Notes: a model not told the origin generated them from the sequence alone. A stretch of DNA of 64,000 nt from Clostridia bacterium (GCA_900763875.1 CAAFLX010000021.1:962-64961); one strand, 5' to 3'; shown: positions 33,235-43,786, counted from the stretch's first letter. Program-made: numbers and translations.

Positions 33235-33798
33235 TTAGACTCTTGACATATATTCGCCGGTGCGAGTATCAATACGAATCGTATCACCCTCGTTGACAAA
33301 CATAGGCACTTGAAGTTCGTAGCCTGTTTCAACGGTGGCGGGCTTGGTGGCGTTGGTGGCGGTGTTGCCTGCAACTGCCGGCTCGCAAAGAGTGATGAGA
33401 AGCTCGACGAAGTTTGGCGGTTCAACGGAGAACGGTGCGCCTTGGAAGAACTTCATGGTGACGTTCATATTCTCTTTGACAAAGTTGAGTGCGTCCTCGA
33501 CTTGTCCCTTGTTGAGGGGGATTTGCTCATAGGTGTCGGAATCCATGAAATAGTAGAACTCTCCGTCATTGTAGAGGTATTCCATAGTTTTTGTTTCGAT
33601 GTGAGCGAGGTCGAACTTTTCGGTGGGGTTGAAGGTTTGTTCAAGCACTGCGCCGGTGACGACGTTTTTCATTTTTGTACGAACGAAAGCAGCGCCTTTG
33701 CCGGGTTTGACGTGCAAGAAGTCTACTACGGTCATGATTTTGTTGTCGTAAAGGAACGTAACGCCCTTTCTCAAATCGCCTGCCATAATTTGTGCCAT
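33235..33798 (-). CDS. efp: elongation factor P
   Basis: 187 aa. [43 protein letters not shown]...GEYMSRV. Confidence 0.95.
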   Translation of the reverse strand: MAQIMAGDLRKGVTFLYDNKIMTVVDFLHVKPGKGAAFVRTKMKNVVTGAVLEQTFNPTEKFDLAHIETKTMEYLYNDGEFYYFMDSDTYEQIPLNKGQVEDALNFVKENMNVTMKFFQGAPFSVEPPNFVELLITLCEPAVAGNTATNATKPATVETGYELQVPMFVNEGDTIRIDTRTGEYMSRV

Positions 33799-33929
33799 AA
33801 TGATATTCTCCTAAATGTGTATGTTTTGTGTTTAACTAAAAGCCTATAAAGGTATTTTAGCACCATAATCGCCTCAATGCAAGTTTTACGCCGATTTTGC
33901 GAGTTTTGCATAGAGGCGGTTGGATTTTC

Positions 33930-35549
33930 TTATTTTGCGTACTCCACGCTGCGAACTTCCCTGATGACGTTGACTTTGATTTGTCCGGGGTATTCAAGCT
34001 CGTTTTCGAGTTTTTGCGCGATTTCTCTTGCAAGGAAAACGGTGTTTGCGTCGTTGACCTGCTCGGGTTTGACCATAACGCGGATTTCTCTGCCTGCTTG
34101 CACTGCAAACGTTTGGTCAACTCCGGCGAACGACTTTGCGATGTCCTCGAGCTTTTCGATACGCTTGACGTAGGTTTCAACAGATTCACGTCTTGCGCCC
34201 GGTCTTGCGCTCGAAATTGCGTCGGCGGCTTGGACGAGCACTGCGTCGATAGTTTGCGGCTCGATGTCGTTGTGGTGAGCGGCGATTGCGTGAATTACGT
34301 CGTTGCTCTCGCGGTATTTCTTGGCAATTTCCACACCCAACTGAATGTGAGTGCCCTCAAACTCGTGGTCGATTGCCTTGCCGATGTCGTGGAGCAAGCC
34401 TGCCCTCTTTGCAATGCGCGGATCGATGCCGAGTTCTGCCGCCATAATCGACGCGACGGATGCGACTTCGATTGAGTGTTTCAGCACGTTTTGACCGTAG
34501 CTGGTGCGGTATTTGAGTCTGCCGAGAATTTTGATAAGCTCGGGATGCAAACCGTGTACGCCCACTTCAAACGCCGCTTCCTCGCCTGCCTCTTTGATGC
34601 CTGCCTCGACTTCCTTTCTGACCTTGTCCACCATCTCTTCGATACGAGCGGGATGGATGCGTCCGTCGGTGATGAGTTTTTCAAGCGTGAGCCTTGCAAC
34701 TTCCCTTCTGACGGGGTCGAAACTCGAAAGCGTGATGACGTCGGGGGTGTCGTCGATGATGAGGTCAACGCCCGTCGCGCTTTCAAGCGCGCGAATGTTT
34801 CTGCCCATACGACCGATGATTCTGCCCTTCATCTCGTCGTTTGGCAAAGCCACGACGGATACGGTATTTTCGGTTGCGGTGTCTGCGGCGCAGCGTTGAA
34901 TGGCTTGCGAGATGATGTTTTGCGCCTCTTTGACCGCGTTGTCTTTTGCCTCTTGAATGAGTTGTTTTGCCTCGTTGGCACTGCTCTTTTTCACGCTGTC
35001 GAGGAGCGCGTCTTTCAACTCTTGCGACGCCTCTTCCTTTGTCATGCCGGCAACTCTTTCAAGCTCCTTTTGCATGGTTTCTTGCGCGTTGTTGAGTTCG
35101 TTTTCAATGCCCTTCAAGCGTTCTTTTGTTTCTTCGATTTGCTTTTGCGACTTTTCCACGTCCTCGATTTTCTTGTCGAGCACGGCGTCTTTTTTGTCAA
35201 GAGCGTCCTCTTTCTTGTCGAGGGTTGCCTCTTTTTGAGCGAGGCGATTTTCAGTGCGTTGCCAGTCTTGCTTGCGCTCCTTTGTTTCGTTTTCGAAATC
35301 AACGCGCATTCTGTTCATTTGTTCTTTTGCCTCGAGCAAACCGTCCTTGCGAATGGTCTTTGCTTCGAGATTTGCTTCTTCGATAATTCTTGCCGCTTCG
35401 CGTTTGGCGTTGCCGATTTTGTTTTGAGAATAGACTCTATAAACGATGAAACCGATCAATGCGCCGACGACAACCGCACAAGCCGCCGCGATACCCGCAG
35501 CTCCGCCCGGGGTGAGAGCAGCAATCAGAAAATTGAAATTCCCGGTCAT
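33930..35549 (-). CDS. rny: ribonuclease Y
   Basis: 539 aa with an N-terminal TM helix, a coiled coil, a KH domain ([17 protein letters not shown]) and an HD domain ([12 protein letters not shown]). Confidence 0.95.
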   Translation of the reverse strand: MTGNFNFLIAALTPGGAAGIAAACAVVVGALIGFIVYRVYSQNKIGNAKREAARIIEEANLEAKTIRKDGLLEAKEQMNRMRVDFENETKERKQDWQRTENRLAQKEATLDKKEDALDKKDAVLDKKIEDVEKSQKQIEETKERLKGIENELNNAQETMQKELERVAGMTKEEASQELKDALLDSVKKSSANEAKQLIQEAKDNAVKEAQNIISQAIQRCAADTATENTVSVVALPNDEMKGRIIGRMGRNIRALESATGVDLIIDDTPDVITLSSFDPVRREVARLTLEKLITDGRIHPARIEEMVDKVRKEVEAGIKEAGEEAAFEVGVHGLHPELIKILGRLKYRTSYGQNVLKHSIEVASVASIMAAELGIDPRIAKRAGLLHDIGKAIDHEFEGTHIQLGVEIAKKYRESNDVIHAIAAHHNDIEPQTIDAVLVQAADAISSARPGARRESVETYVKRIEKLEDIAKSFAGVDQTFAVQAGREIRVMVKPEQVNDANTVFLAREIAQKLENELEYPGQIKVNVIREVRSVEYAK

Positions 35550-35765
35550 ATTCGACCTCCAATATATATAATCAAAACCACAAGAGAAAGCAAAAACAAG
35601 GCTCTACGAAAAGTTTTTTCAAAACGGCAAATGCCCCTTTTTTCGGACTGCAAGTGCCCAAATTTATATAACCAAACTTTGTATCTATACCAAATATTGT
35701 TTTCAATATATAGTTTTGTCAAGTATAGTATATACTATTTGTAGTATTTCGTCAATGCACACTCC

Positions 35766-35805
35766 AAAAAAAATCGCTTTTCGACAAAGGAAAAACGACT
35801 TTTTT
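35766..35805 (-). terminator. rho-independent terminator of recA
   Basis: Minus strand: GTCGTTTTT-cctttgtcg-AAAAGCGAT-type stem followed by TTTTTTTT. Confidence 0.7.
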
Positions 35806-35834
35806 GTTCGATTTGGGAGTTTAAGTTGTTCAAA

Positions 35835-36854
35835 TCACTTGTTCATCTCGTATTTTTCGCGGATTTTCGCGTCGAGGTCCTTGAAGACTTCGGGATTAGA
35901 CTTCAAAAATTCCATAGCTTTTTCTCTGCCCTGTCCGATTTTTTCGTCGTTGTAGCTGAACCAACTTCCGCTCTTTTGCACGAATCCGTTTTCGACGGCG
36001 AGATCGAGCACGCAACCCATATTCGAGATGCCCGTGCCGTACATAATGTCGAACTCTGCAACCTTGAATGGGGGTGCGACCTTGTTTTTGACAACCTTGG
36101 CTTTGACGTGGTTGCCAACGATGTCGCTGCCGTCTTTGAGGGTGTCGGCTTTTCTTATCTCGATACGCACGGAGGAGTAGAATTTGAGAGCCTTGCCGCC
36201 CGTGGTGGTTTCGGGATTGCCGTACATAACGCCGATTTTTTCTCTCAACTGGTTGATGAAAATGATTGTGCATTTGCTCTTTGAGGAAGCGGCGGTGATT
36301 TTGCGCAGAGCTTGCGACATAAGGCGAGCTTGCATACCGACGTGGCTGTCGCCCATATCGCCGTCAAGCTCGGCTTGCGGAGTGAGCGCGGCAACGGAGT
36401 CGATGACAATGATGTCGATTGCGCCGCTTCTGATGAGCGTTTCGGTGATTTCGAGAGCTTGCTCGCCGCTGTCGGGTTGAGAGATGTAGAGGTCGTCGAG
36501 GTTTACGCCTAGTTTTGCGGCATAAACGGGGTCGAGCGCGTGCTCTGCGTCAACGAACGCCGCCGTACCGCCCTCCTTTTGCACCTCGGCAACGCAGTGG
36601 AGCGCAACCGTGGTTTTGCCCGAGGATTCCGGCCCGTAAATCTCGATGATTCTTCCCTTGGGAATACCGCCGATGCCGAGTGCGACGTCAAGCGTCAAAC
36701 AGCCGGTGGAAATCGCTTCCACTTTGGGGATTTCGGTTTCGCCAAGGCGCATAATCGCTCCCTTGCCGAAGTCCTTTTCTATCTTTGCAAGAGCGAGTTG
36801 CAAATTGCGTTCCTTATCGTTGAGTGCGGACTTATCTTGAGTTTTGTCTGCCAT
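35835..36854 (-). CDS. recA: recombinase A
   Basis: 339 aa. GPESSGKTT Walker [12 protein letters not shown]1/L2 loops. Confidence 0.97.
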   Translation of the reverse strand: MADKTQDKSALNDKERNLQLALAKIEKDFGKGAIMRLGETEIPKVEAISTGCLTLDVALGIGGIPKGRIIEIYGPESSGKTTVALHCVAEVQKEGGTAAFVDAEHALDPVYAAKLGVNLDDLYISQPDSGEQALEITETLIRSGAIDIIVIDSVAALTPQAELDGDMGDSHVGMQARLMSQALRKITAASSKSKCTIIFINQLREKIGVMYGNPETTTGGKALKFYSSVRIEIRKADTLKDGSDIVGNHVKAKVVKNKVAPPFKVAEFDIMYGTGISNMGCVLDLAVENGFVQKSGSWFSYNDEKIGQGREKAMEFLKSNPEVFKDLDAKIREKYEMNK

Positions 36855-36943
36855 AGTTTTTCTCCTTTATATCCTTTCGCCGATGACGGCAAATGTTTTC
36901 TTCATTTATATTATGCCACGAGCGATGTCCCGAAATCGGTACA

Positions 36944-37639
36944 TCACAAGCGCAAAATATCTCCTTTCAAATATCTAATGAGATAAAACAGCGCGACGTT
37001 TGAGGTTGCGCGCCGAATCTCGTTGCGACTGCCAAAAAACCTGCGTTCGAATACGGTGATAAAATCGCCGCCACCGACGCCTATGTAAACAAGCCCCACG
37101 GGCTTTCCCTCGTCCCCTGTCGGGCCTGCAAGACCGGTGGTTGCAAGCGCGATGTCAACGGGGCGCTTGCAAAGCCCTTTGACCATTGCGTAAGCGGTTT
37201 CTCTGCTCACCGCGCCATAGTCGGCAAGCACGGCTTTGGGCACGCCCAAACGCTCGACTTTCGAGGCGCGATTGTAGCACACGATACCCTCAAAAAAGTT
37301 TGCGCTTATGCCTGCGACGCTCGTAAGGCGAGAGCATATTTCGCCGCCCGTCAAACTTTCGCCCACCGCAAGCGTGCGATTGTTCATACGCAGAAGTCTT
37401 GCGGCAATGTCCTCCAAAGAGCCTTCCGTTGCCGAATACACTTCCTCTTCAAAGGCGTTGTATACCCTGCTTTTGACGGTTTCAAAAACCTCGCGTTTTA
37501 TGGCGCTTGTCATTGTTATCGTTGCGTCAAGACAATCTTCTTCAACCGAAAAATCCACGCCGAAACCCTCAAAAATTTTGAGTTTTGAAAGGATTTCTTC
37601 CCTGTTAAGACCGCAGATTTTTACAATTTCTTTTGTCAT
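36944..37639 (-). CDS. cinA: CinA-family nicotinamide-nucleotide amidohydrolase (PncC domain)
   Basis: 231 aa. LAVGESLTGGEICSRLTSVAGISANFFEGIVCYN...GLAGPTGDEGKPVGLVYIGV. Confidence 0.8.
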   Translation of the reverse strand: MTKEIVKICGLNREEILSKLKIFEGFGVDFSVEEDCLDATITMTSAIKREVFETVKSRVYNAFEEEVYSATEGSLEDIAARLLRMNNRTLAVGESLTGGEICSRLTSVAGISANFFEGIVCYNRASKVERLGVPKAVLADYGAVSRETAYAMVKGLCKRPVDIALATTGLAGPTGDEGKPVGLVYIGVGGGDFITVFERRFFGSRNEIRRATSNVALFYLIRYLKGDILRL

Positions 37640-37671
37640 TTTTCAACTATCTAATCGGCTCAATCGCCAAA

Positions 37672-38403
37672 TTATTGCGCTTTTGCCTCGGCATCGCTCG
37701 CATCTGCTTTGCTTTTGTTTGCATCTGTTGAATCGACATTGGTTTCAGCCTCGGTCGCACCGCTCGATTGATTGTCGGAGTTACCGTCCGTTTCGTCGTC
37801 GGATTGGCGAAGAACGTGCTTGTTTTTAAGCACGTAATTGAGTCCGCTGTACACTGCAAAGAACGAGCCGATATAGAATGTGATCGTGCCAAGCCCGCCA
37901 AGCACGGGGTGTAGACCTGCAAGCATAAGCAAGGTCACGCCGACGTCGAGAAATACGGTTTTGATTTTGCCGAAGATGTCGGCGGCAAGCACCAAACCCC
38001 TAGACGCCGCAATGGAGCGAAACACGCCAATCATCAACTCTCTTGAGAGGATAAGCCCCGAAAGCAGAGCGATGACGAGGGTGTTGTGAGGATACACTCC
38101 CCCCATTGACAGCCCGTCGCCGAAGTAGACGACAAGAAAGAGCATCACCACGATTACAACCTTGTCGGCAAGAGGGTCTAGAAATTTGCCGAGCATAGAC
38201 ACCGTGTTGGTTTTTCTTGCGATGTGTCCGTCCACAAAGTCGGTTGCGCAGCAAATGGCAAACAGAGCCGCCGCAATGACAACAAGCGCAATGTGTGCGC
38301 CTTGCGATACTCTTGCAAGCTCCGCCGCAATGAACATTGCAATGGTGGGGATAATCAAAAATATGCGTGCTATCGTGATTTTTGTTGCGAGTGTGATTTT
38401 CAT
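37672..38403 (-). CDS. pgsA: CDP-diacylglycerol--glycerol-3-phosphate 3-phosphatidyltransferase with acidic C-terminal tail
   Basis: DFVDGHIARKTNTVSMLGKFLDPLADK is the CDP-alcohol phosphatidyltransferase motif. The roughly 50-aa tail is QSDDETDGNSDNQSSGATEAE.... Confidence 0.9.
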   Translation of the reverse strand: MKITLATKITIARIFLIIPTIAMFIAAELARVSQGAHIALVVIAAALFAICCATDFVDGHIARKTNTVSMLGKFLDPLADKVVIVVMLFLVVYFGDGLSMGGVYPHNTLVIALLSGLILSRELMIGVFRSIAASRGLVLAADIFGKIKTVFLDVGVTLLMLAGLHPVLGGLGTITFYIGSFFAVYSGLNYVLKNKHVLRQSDDETDGNSDNQSSGATEAETNVDSTDANKSKADASDAEAKAQ

Positions 38404-39707
38404 TTTACCACCTTTCCTACAAGGTCGATTCCGTCCGCGCCCGTGATTTCAACGTCGTAAAACTCGCCGATTTTCACTTCATCGCTTGCGCTAAACAACG
38501 TCAAATTGTCGATGTCGGGGGCTTGATTTTGACTTCTGCCCACAAACAACTGTTTGTCGTAGTCGATGTCGTCGTAGATGACCTTAACCTTTTTTCCAAT
38601 CAATTCTTTATTGCGATTTTTGATGATTTTTTGCTGTATTGCCGCAAGTCTGTTTGCCCTATCTTCCTTGACTTTTTCATCGAGGTGTCCGCCGAGCCTG
38701 TCGGCAGGAGTGCCTTCTTCCCTCGAATAGGCAAAAAAGCCCGCATAGTCGAATTTGACTTCTTTTATAAAACTTTCGAGCTTTTCAAATTGCGCTTGAC
38801 TCTCGCCGGGGAAACCGCAAATAAAGGTGGTTCTCACCGCAATACCGGCGTTTTTGAGCTTTGCAATGAGTTCCCTCACGCTCTTTTCGTCCGTGCGTCG
38901 ATTCATACGTTTCAGCACCGCGTCGTCGATATGTTGGAGCGGAATATCCATATATTTTGCGATTTTCGGATTGTTTTTCACATAGTCGATGAGCGTATCG
39001 TCCACCATTTCGGGATAGAGATACAGCAATCTAATCCACTCGAAATCAAGTTTTGAAAGTTCGTCAAGCAGTTCGATTAGGTGAGATTTTCCGTCAAAAT
39101 CCATTCCGTATCTCGTCACGTCCTGCGCAACCAAAATAAGTTCTTTCACGCCGTCGTCCGAAAGCGTTTTTGCCTCGCGAAGCAAGTCCTCGATTTTTTC
39201 CGAGCGATACTTGCCGCGTATTGACGGAATTGCGCAATAGGTGCAATGATTGCTGCACCCGTCGGCGATTTTGAGATATGCGTAATGATAAGGCGTTGTC
39301 AGCACCCTGCCCTCGTAAAACTCGTCCAAATTGGCGCAATTAAGCACTCTCAGTCCGTCCTCGACTTGCTCGATAGTTTTCAAAATCTCGTCATAGTCGG
39401 CAATACCCAAAATTGCGTCCACTTCGGGAAATTCCTCTTTGAGCGTGTCGGCGTACCTTTGCGCAAGACAGCCCGTCACCACAACTTTTTTGCCCTTGCC
39501 TGCGGCTTTTGCGGCAACGGCGTTCAAAATTTCGTCAATGGATTCCTCTTTTGCCTTGTCGATAAAAGCGCAGGTGTTGACGATGATTACGTCCGCCTCC
39601 TCCTCGCTCCCGACAAGGGTATGCCCTCCGCCGACAAGGCGAGAGAGCATCTTTTCGGTGTCCACTCTATTTTTGTCGCATCCAAGCGATATTGCTCCGA
39701 TTTTCAT
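38400..39707 (-). CDS. rimO: ribosomal protein S12 methylthiotransferase
   Basis: 435 aa. UPF0004 N-domain (LGCDKNRVDTE), radical SAM CSNHCTYC, TRAM C-terminus. Confidence 0.9.
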   Translation of the reverse strand: MKIGAISLGCDKNRVDTEKMLSRLVGGGHTLVGSEEEADVIIVNTCAFIDKAKEESIDEILNAVAAKAAGKGKKVVVTGCLAQRYADTLKEEFPEVDAILGIADYDEILKTIEQVEDGLRVLNCANLDEFYEGRVLTTPYHYAYLKIADGCSNHCTYCAIPSIRGKYRSEKIEDLLREAKTLSDDGVKELILVAQDVTRYGMDFDGKSHLIELLDELSKLDFEWIRLLYLYPEMVDDTLIDYVKNNPKIAKYMDIPLQHIDDAVLKRMNRRTDEKSVRELIAKLKNAGIAVRTTFICGFPGESQAQFEKLESFIKEVKFDYAGFFAYSREEGTPADRLGGHLDEKVKEDRANRLAAIQQKIIKNRNKELIGKKVKVIYDDIDYDKQLFVGRSQNQAPDIDNLTLFSASDEVKIGEFYDVEITGADGIDLVGKVVK

Positions 39708-42700
39708 TCGTCCTCGTCCTCGCTTTGAGCGGAGGCTCTAAGCTCTTCCAGCTCCTCGTAAGTGATGTTGACTTTCTTCTTTTTGGGGTCGTGCTCGTCG
39801 GGAGTGAGATAGCCCATAAGATCCATTTTGTCGAATATCTTTGCGGCTTTCGGCCAGCCAAGACCAAGACGGCGTTGCATAAAGGATATGCTGATAGGCG
39901 CGTCCTGTTCCTCTCTAAGTTCTATGCCCAGTTGGAGCGCGTCAAACAATTCGGGCGGAATTTTGTCCTTGTCGTTTGACCTTGCGTCCTTGGATTGCGC
40001 AGGCTTTTCTTCCTCTTTGTCCTTGAAGATTGCGTCCTTGATGTTGTTGTCGAAATAGGCGTCGTTTTTGGCTTTGACAAAATCAACCACCTTTTTGACT
40101 TCCTCGTTGGATATGAAAGCACCCTGCATACGTTCGAGGTCGCTTGCGCCGGGCATCATATACAGCAAATCGCCGTAGCCTAGGAGCTTGTCCGCGCCCA
40201 CGGTGTCGAGAATGGTTTTACTGTCAAAACTCGACGTAACTTTGAATGCCACACGGCTTGGGAAGTTGTTTTTTATCGTGCCGCTGATGACGTCAACCGA
40301 CGGTCTTTGCGTTGCGAGCATAAGGTGGATACCCACCGCACGCGCAAGCCTTGCAATGCGGTTTACGGTGTCCTCGACAGCCTTTTTGCCTGTGGACATA
40401 AGGTCTGCAAATTCGTCAACGATAATGACGATTCTCGGCATCTTTTCATAGCCGTTTCTTTGGCAATCGGCGTTGTACTCGTCTATATCGCGATAGTTGA
40501 CCTCGGCAAGGAACTTGATGCGGCGTTCCATTTCGCTTATCGCCCAGTTGAGCGCGCGAATCGCCTTGTCCGTGTCGCAAATAATCTCGTCCATAAGAAG
40601 ATGAGGAATGCCTGCGTACACGCTCATTTCTATGCGTTTGGGGTCAATCAAAATGAGTCGCACGTCGTCGGGTGACGCCTTGTAGAGCAAACTGACGATG
40701 ATTGAGTTGATACAACAGCTCTTGCCTGCGCCCGTCGCGCCTGCGATGAGAACGTGCGGAAGTTTTTTGATTTCAACCACCCTCGATTGTCCGTACAGGT
40801 TTTTGCCGAGGGCAAAGGTTGCGGGAGCTTTTGCGTTGTTAAATTCGGGCGATTGAATGATTTCGCTTAGGTTGACGTTTCTTCTATGCTTGTTGGGCAC
40901 TTCTATGCCGACTGCGTTTTCGCCGGGGATAGGCGCGATAATACGCACGCTGCCTGCCTCCATCTTCATTGCGATGTCGCTCTCAAGAGTGGAGATATAT
41001 CCGATTGTCCTGCCCCTTGGCATCTCAACGCGCAACTTGTACATCGTAAACGTCGGGCCGACCATAATGTCGATGACCTCGCCCGTAATGGAGAAGAACG
41101 CAAGCGTGTTGATGATTTGCTCTTTCTTTTGCTCGTAGTCCTCGTTTTGGTCGATTTCGGGAGCGGGCGGATTGAGCAGAGCAAGCGGCGGCGCAACGTA
41201 GGGACGTTTCGGCGTGGCTTGAGATATGGCTTGCTCCATATTCACCTGCGTGAGGCGTTCGCCCTCTTTATTCTTGGGAGAGTCCGACTTTTGAATGCCG
41301 CGCGATTGCGACGCTTTCATCTTTTCCTCTCTCATCAGAGCCTCTCGCTCGTACTGTCCCATTTGCGGAGTTTCTTTGATTGCTTGTTTGATGTTTTGAA
41401 TACGCGCTTTCATCTCGGCGTTTTCGATGTCTTTTGCCGAGTTTTTGGCGATTGCGGTCGTGGATTGAATTGCCGCGCGCGACATATCGCCGCCCGTCAC
41501 TTGTTGCCGAACGGGAGCAGGCGCAACGGGATTGTCGCCGCCCACGGTCGCGTCGTTGTCAACGTACTTGGGACGTTGATTTTCAAGCGTTGCTTTGCTC
41601 ATCTCATACGTCTTGACGGGCTTTGTTTTGCCTATGCCGCCAAAGAAATTGGTTTCGGTCTTTTCTTCCTCAACCGCGGTTTGCGCAAAGGCTCTTGGCA
41701 ACTTCGCCTCGCCCTGCACGGGCTTGTAACCGCTCCTGTCAAGCTCGTCGATGCTTGCGGCTTTCTTTGGTTGTACGATTGGCGTTTGTTGAGCATATTG
41801 CGCATTTGCGCCCACGCTTTTTGCACTGTCGGCATTGCTGTTTGTGCCGTTATTAGTGCCGTTTTGTGCAGTATTTTGCTTGGTGTTTTGCAGATTTTTC
41901 GCACTGTTTTGCGATGGGTTAGAGGCGGAATCTTGCGCCGATTTTTCATCGTCTTTTGCAATGAACACCATATCCGTTTTCGGCTTTTCATACGCCTCGG
42001 ACACAATCTCCTCTTTGACGACGGGTTTTTGTTCTTCCTCACCCGAAATTGCTCTATTGAGCGCGCCGAGCATACCGACGTTCACCTGCTGTTTGCTCGT
42101 GGCGTCGTTGGCTTTTTGAATGGTGGAGTTGATTGCGTCCGCTCCGTCATAAGTTTTGGTGGGTTTGACAACCTCTTTTTTGAGCGGCTCTGCGATGAGG
42201 CATGCCTCGTCTTGTTGCTCCATATGCACGCCTGCCTCGAATTCGGGCTTGGCGTACATTTGCCCAAAGCGTTGAGTTTGCTCTTGTTTGAGTGCGCCGA
42301 AATCGCGTTTGAAGTCGAGCGGAGTTTCGATTTTGCCGATGACAGAGGCTTTTTCGTCCGCTTTTGCAGGAGCGGGAGCTTGTCTTTCGGGTTCGGAGGC
42401 TCTGTATCTCGACATAAAGTCCTCGCGAATTGCCGATTGAGTTGCGTCCACGCCGAGCTTTGATTTAAGCTCGTTTCTTCTGACTTGGCTGTATGGCGCG
42501 CTGACGCTTGAAAGCGCGTTGTTTGGGTCTTTTACGGTGTCGAATTTGGCGAGGTTGTCACTGCTAGGCCCTGAACCGAACAAAATATCTCTTGCAATGC
42601 CTCTTGCCGAAAACCTTTCCGCCCCGACTTGTGGCATGGGACGAGTAACTTCGTCTTCGAGAGCGCCTTGTGCGTTTGGATAGAGCGGATTGAACGAATC

Positions 42701-43462
42701 AAGCGGACTATACCCCTCTGCGCCGAGAGCCTTTTTGTTGATTTTGGGTTGCAACGGGTCGCCGGGGACGTCCACGATATAGAGTCCTTTGCCCGTGCCT
42801 GCCGTGTTGAAATCGGTGATTGTAGGTGCGTTTTGAGCCTCGATAACAGGCGAATTTTGAGCATTTTGCCCACCCTTTTTCGAGGAGCGAGAGCGTTTTG
42901 CTTTCGGCTCGCGCATTTGTCTTTCACGCTCGCCTTTTGTCGCAACCGTATAGGTGACGTTGCGCTTGATTGACGGGAATATCGCAAAAAACGCAAGAAT
43001 GAAAAACGCCACGCAAGCCGCAATCAGCGCGCCCACGGACGTGATGACTTTCATAAGCGGATAAGCGGGTATGCCCAAAAGCATACCGCCTGCCGTGTTG
43101 GTGTTGTTGTAGCACAAAAGCAAGTATTCGCCATAATCCGCGCCGACGATATGAGTGCTTGACGTGTAGATTTGAAGGGCGAAAATGCCGAGAATAAGCA
43201 GTCCGAAATAGGTCAACGCCTTTGAAACGCGCATCTTCGGGCGCACGTTGAAAGTGACGGCAATGCCGATGATAAGCCCCATGAGCGAATAGGCGTAAGC
43301 GGCAAGCCCGAAAAATCCGCATAGGAAAGAATACACCATCTTCCCCACTCCGCCGAGCGCGCCGACCAATGAAAGAAAACAAAACAGCGACACGATGATG
43401 ACCAGCACACCTGCCGCGATTCTGTTGCCTTTGTTTGCTTTTGCTTGTCTTGTATCTGCCAA
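39704..43462 (-). CDS. ftsK: DNA translocase FtsK/SpoIIIE with very long low-complexity linker
   Basis: 1252 aa. N-terminal TM domain, linker of about 600 aa, motor with GATGAGKSCC Walker A and IVIIVDEFADL, and a gamma winged-helix domain. Apparent TTG start with a GGAAGG RBS. Confidence 0.9.
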   Translation of the reverse strand: MADTRQAKANKGNRIAAGVLVIIVSLFCFLSLVGALGGVGKMVYSFLCGFFGLAAYAYSLMGLIIGIAVTFNVRPKMRVSKALTYFGLLILGIFALQIYTSSTHIVGADYGEYLLLCYNNTNTAGGMLLGIPAYPLMKVITSVGALIAACVAFFILAFFAIFPSIKRNVTYTVATKGERERQMREPKAKRSRSSKKGGQNAQNSPVIEAQNAPTITDFNTAGTGKGLYIVDVPGDPLQPKINKKALGAEGYSPLDSFNPLYPNAQGALEDEVTRPMPQVGAERFSARGIARDILFGSGPSSDNLAKFDTVKDPNNALSSVSAPYSQVRRNELKSKLGVDATQSAIREDFMSRYRASEPERQAPAPAKADEKASVIGKIETPLDFKRDFGALKQEQTQRFGQMYAKPEFEAGVHMEQQDEACLIAEPLKKEVVKPTKTYDGADAINSTIQKANDATSKQQVNVGMLGALNRAISGEEEQKPVVKEEIVSEAYEKPKTDMVFIAKDDEKSAQDSASNPSQNSAKNLQNTKQNTAQNGTNNGTNSNADSAKSVGANAQYAQQTPIVQPKKAASIDELDRSGYKPVQGEAKLPRAFAQTAVEEEKTETNFFGGIGKTKPVKTYEMSKATLENQRPKYVDNDATVGGDNPVAPAPVRQQVTGGDMSRAAIQSTTAIAKNSAKDIENAEMKARIQNIKQAIKETPQMGQYEREALMREEKMKASQSRGIQKSDSPKNKEGERLTQVNMEQAISQATPKRPYVAPPLALLNPPAPEIDQNEDYEQKKEQIINTLAFFSITGEVIDIMVGPTFTMYKLRVEMPRGRTIGYISTLESDIAMKMEAGSVRIIAPIPGENAVGIEVPNKHRRNVNLSEIIQSPEFNNAKAPATFALGKNLYGQSRVVEIKKLPHVLIAGATGAGKSCCINSIIVSLLYKASPDDVRLILIDPKRIEMSVYAGIPHLLMDEIICDTDKAIRALNWAISEMERRIKFLAEVNYRDIDEYNADCQRNGYEKMPRIVIIVDEFADLMSTGKKAVEDTVNRIARLARAVGIHLMLATQRPSVDVISGTIKNNFPSRVAFKVTSSFDSKTILDTVGADKLLGYGDLLYMMPGASDLERMQGAFISNEEVKKVVDFVKAKNDAYFDNNIKDAIFKDKEEEKPAQSKDARSNDKDKIPPELFDALQLGIELREEQDAPISISFMQRRLGLGWPKAAKIFDKMDLMGYLTPDEHDPKKKKVNITYEELEELRASAQSEDEDE

Positions 43463-43500
43463 GGTAAACCTTCCCGATATTATATAATATTAGTAAAAAA

Positions 43501-43529
43501 ATTATACCATATGAACGCGCGATATACAA
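43501..43529 (-). promoter_or_regulatory. sigma-A-type promoter of ftsK
   Basis: Minus strand: TTGTAT-17 nt-(TGg)TATAAT. Confidence 0.5.
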
Positions 43530-43596
43530 GAGAAAATGTCAAACGAGCGTGAAGTTTTTTTTATCGGACAAATAATATATTATTTGAAAAAAGAAA

Positions 43597-43673
43597 TTCA
43601 AAGAGATTTCAAAGAGATTTTGCAAAAAAATCAAAGCGTTTGCGTCTGTAAAAATCAAAACGTTTGCTCCTGC
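43597..43673. repeat. two adjacent tandem repeats (11 nt x2, 24 nt x2)
   Basis: TTCAAAGAGAT x2 at 43597-43618. AAAAATCAAAGCGTTTGCGTCTGT / AAAAATCAAAACGTTTGCTCCTGC at 43626-43673. Confidence 0.85.
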
Positions 43674-43738
43674 GAAATTCAAAATTTCGGCGCGCTATTC
43701 GGCGTATTTTGCAAGTGCGAAAACCAAGTTTCGAGCAT

Positions 43739-43779
43739 AAAAAAACCGCCGTTTCAAACTCTTGTAAAACAGCGGTTTT
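43739..43779 (-). terminator. rho-independent terminator of the M16 peptidase gene
   Basis: Minus strand: AACCGCtGTTT-loop-AAACgGCGGTT followed by TTTTTTT. Confidence 0.75.
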
Positions 43780-43786
43780 CAAACAT

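Noticed and set aside
33124-33245. MITE interpretation of the 16-bp terminal inverted repeats downstream of efp.
   Set aside because: One arm consists of the native last codons and stop of efp (the GEYMSRV end is typical of EF-P). The interior is a terminator. This is more simply an extended 3' hairpin than a mobile element.
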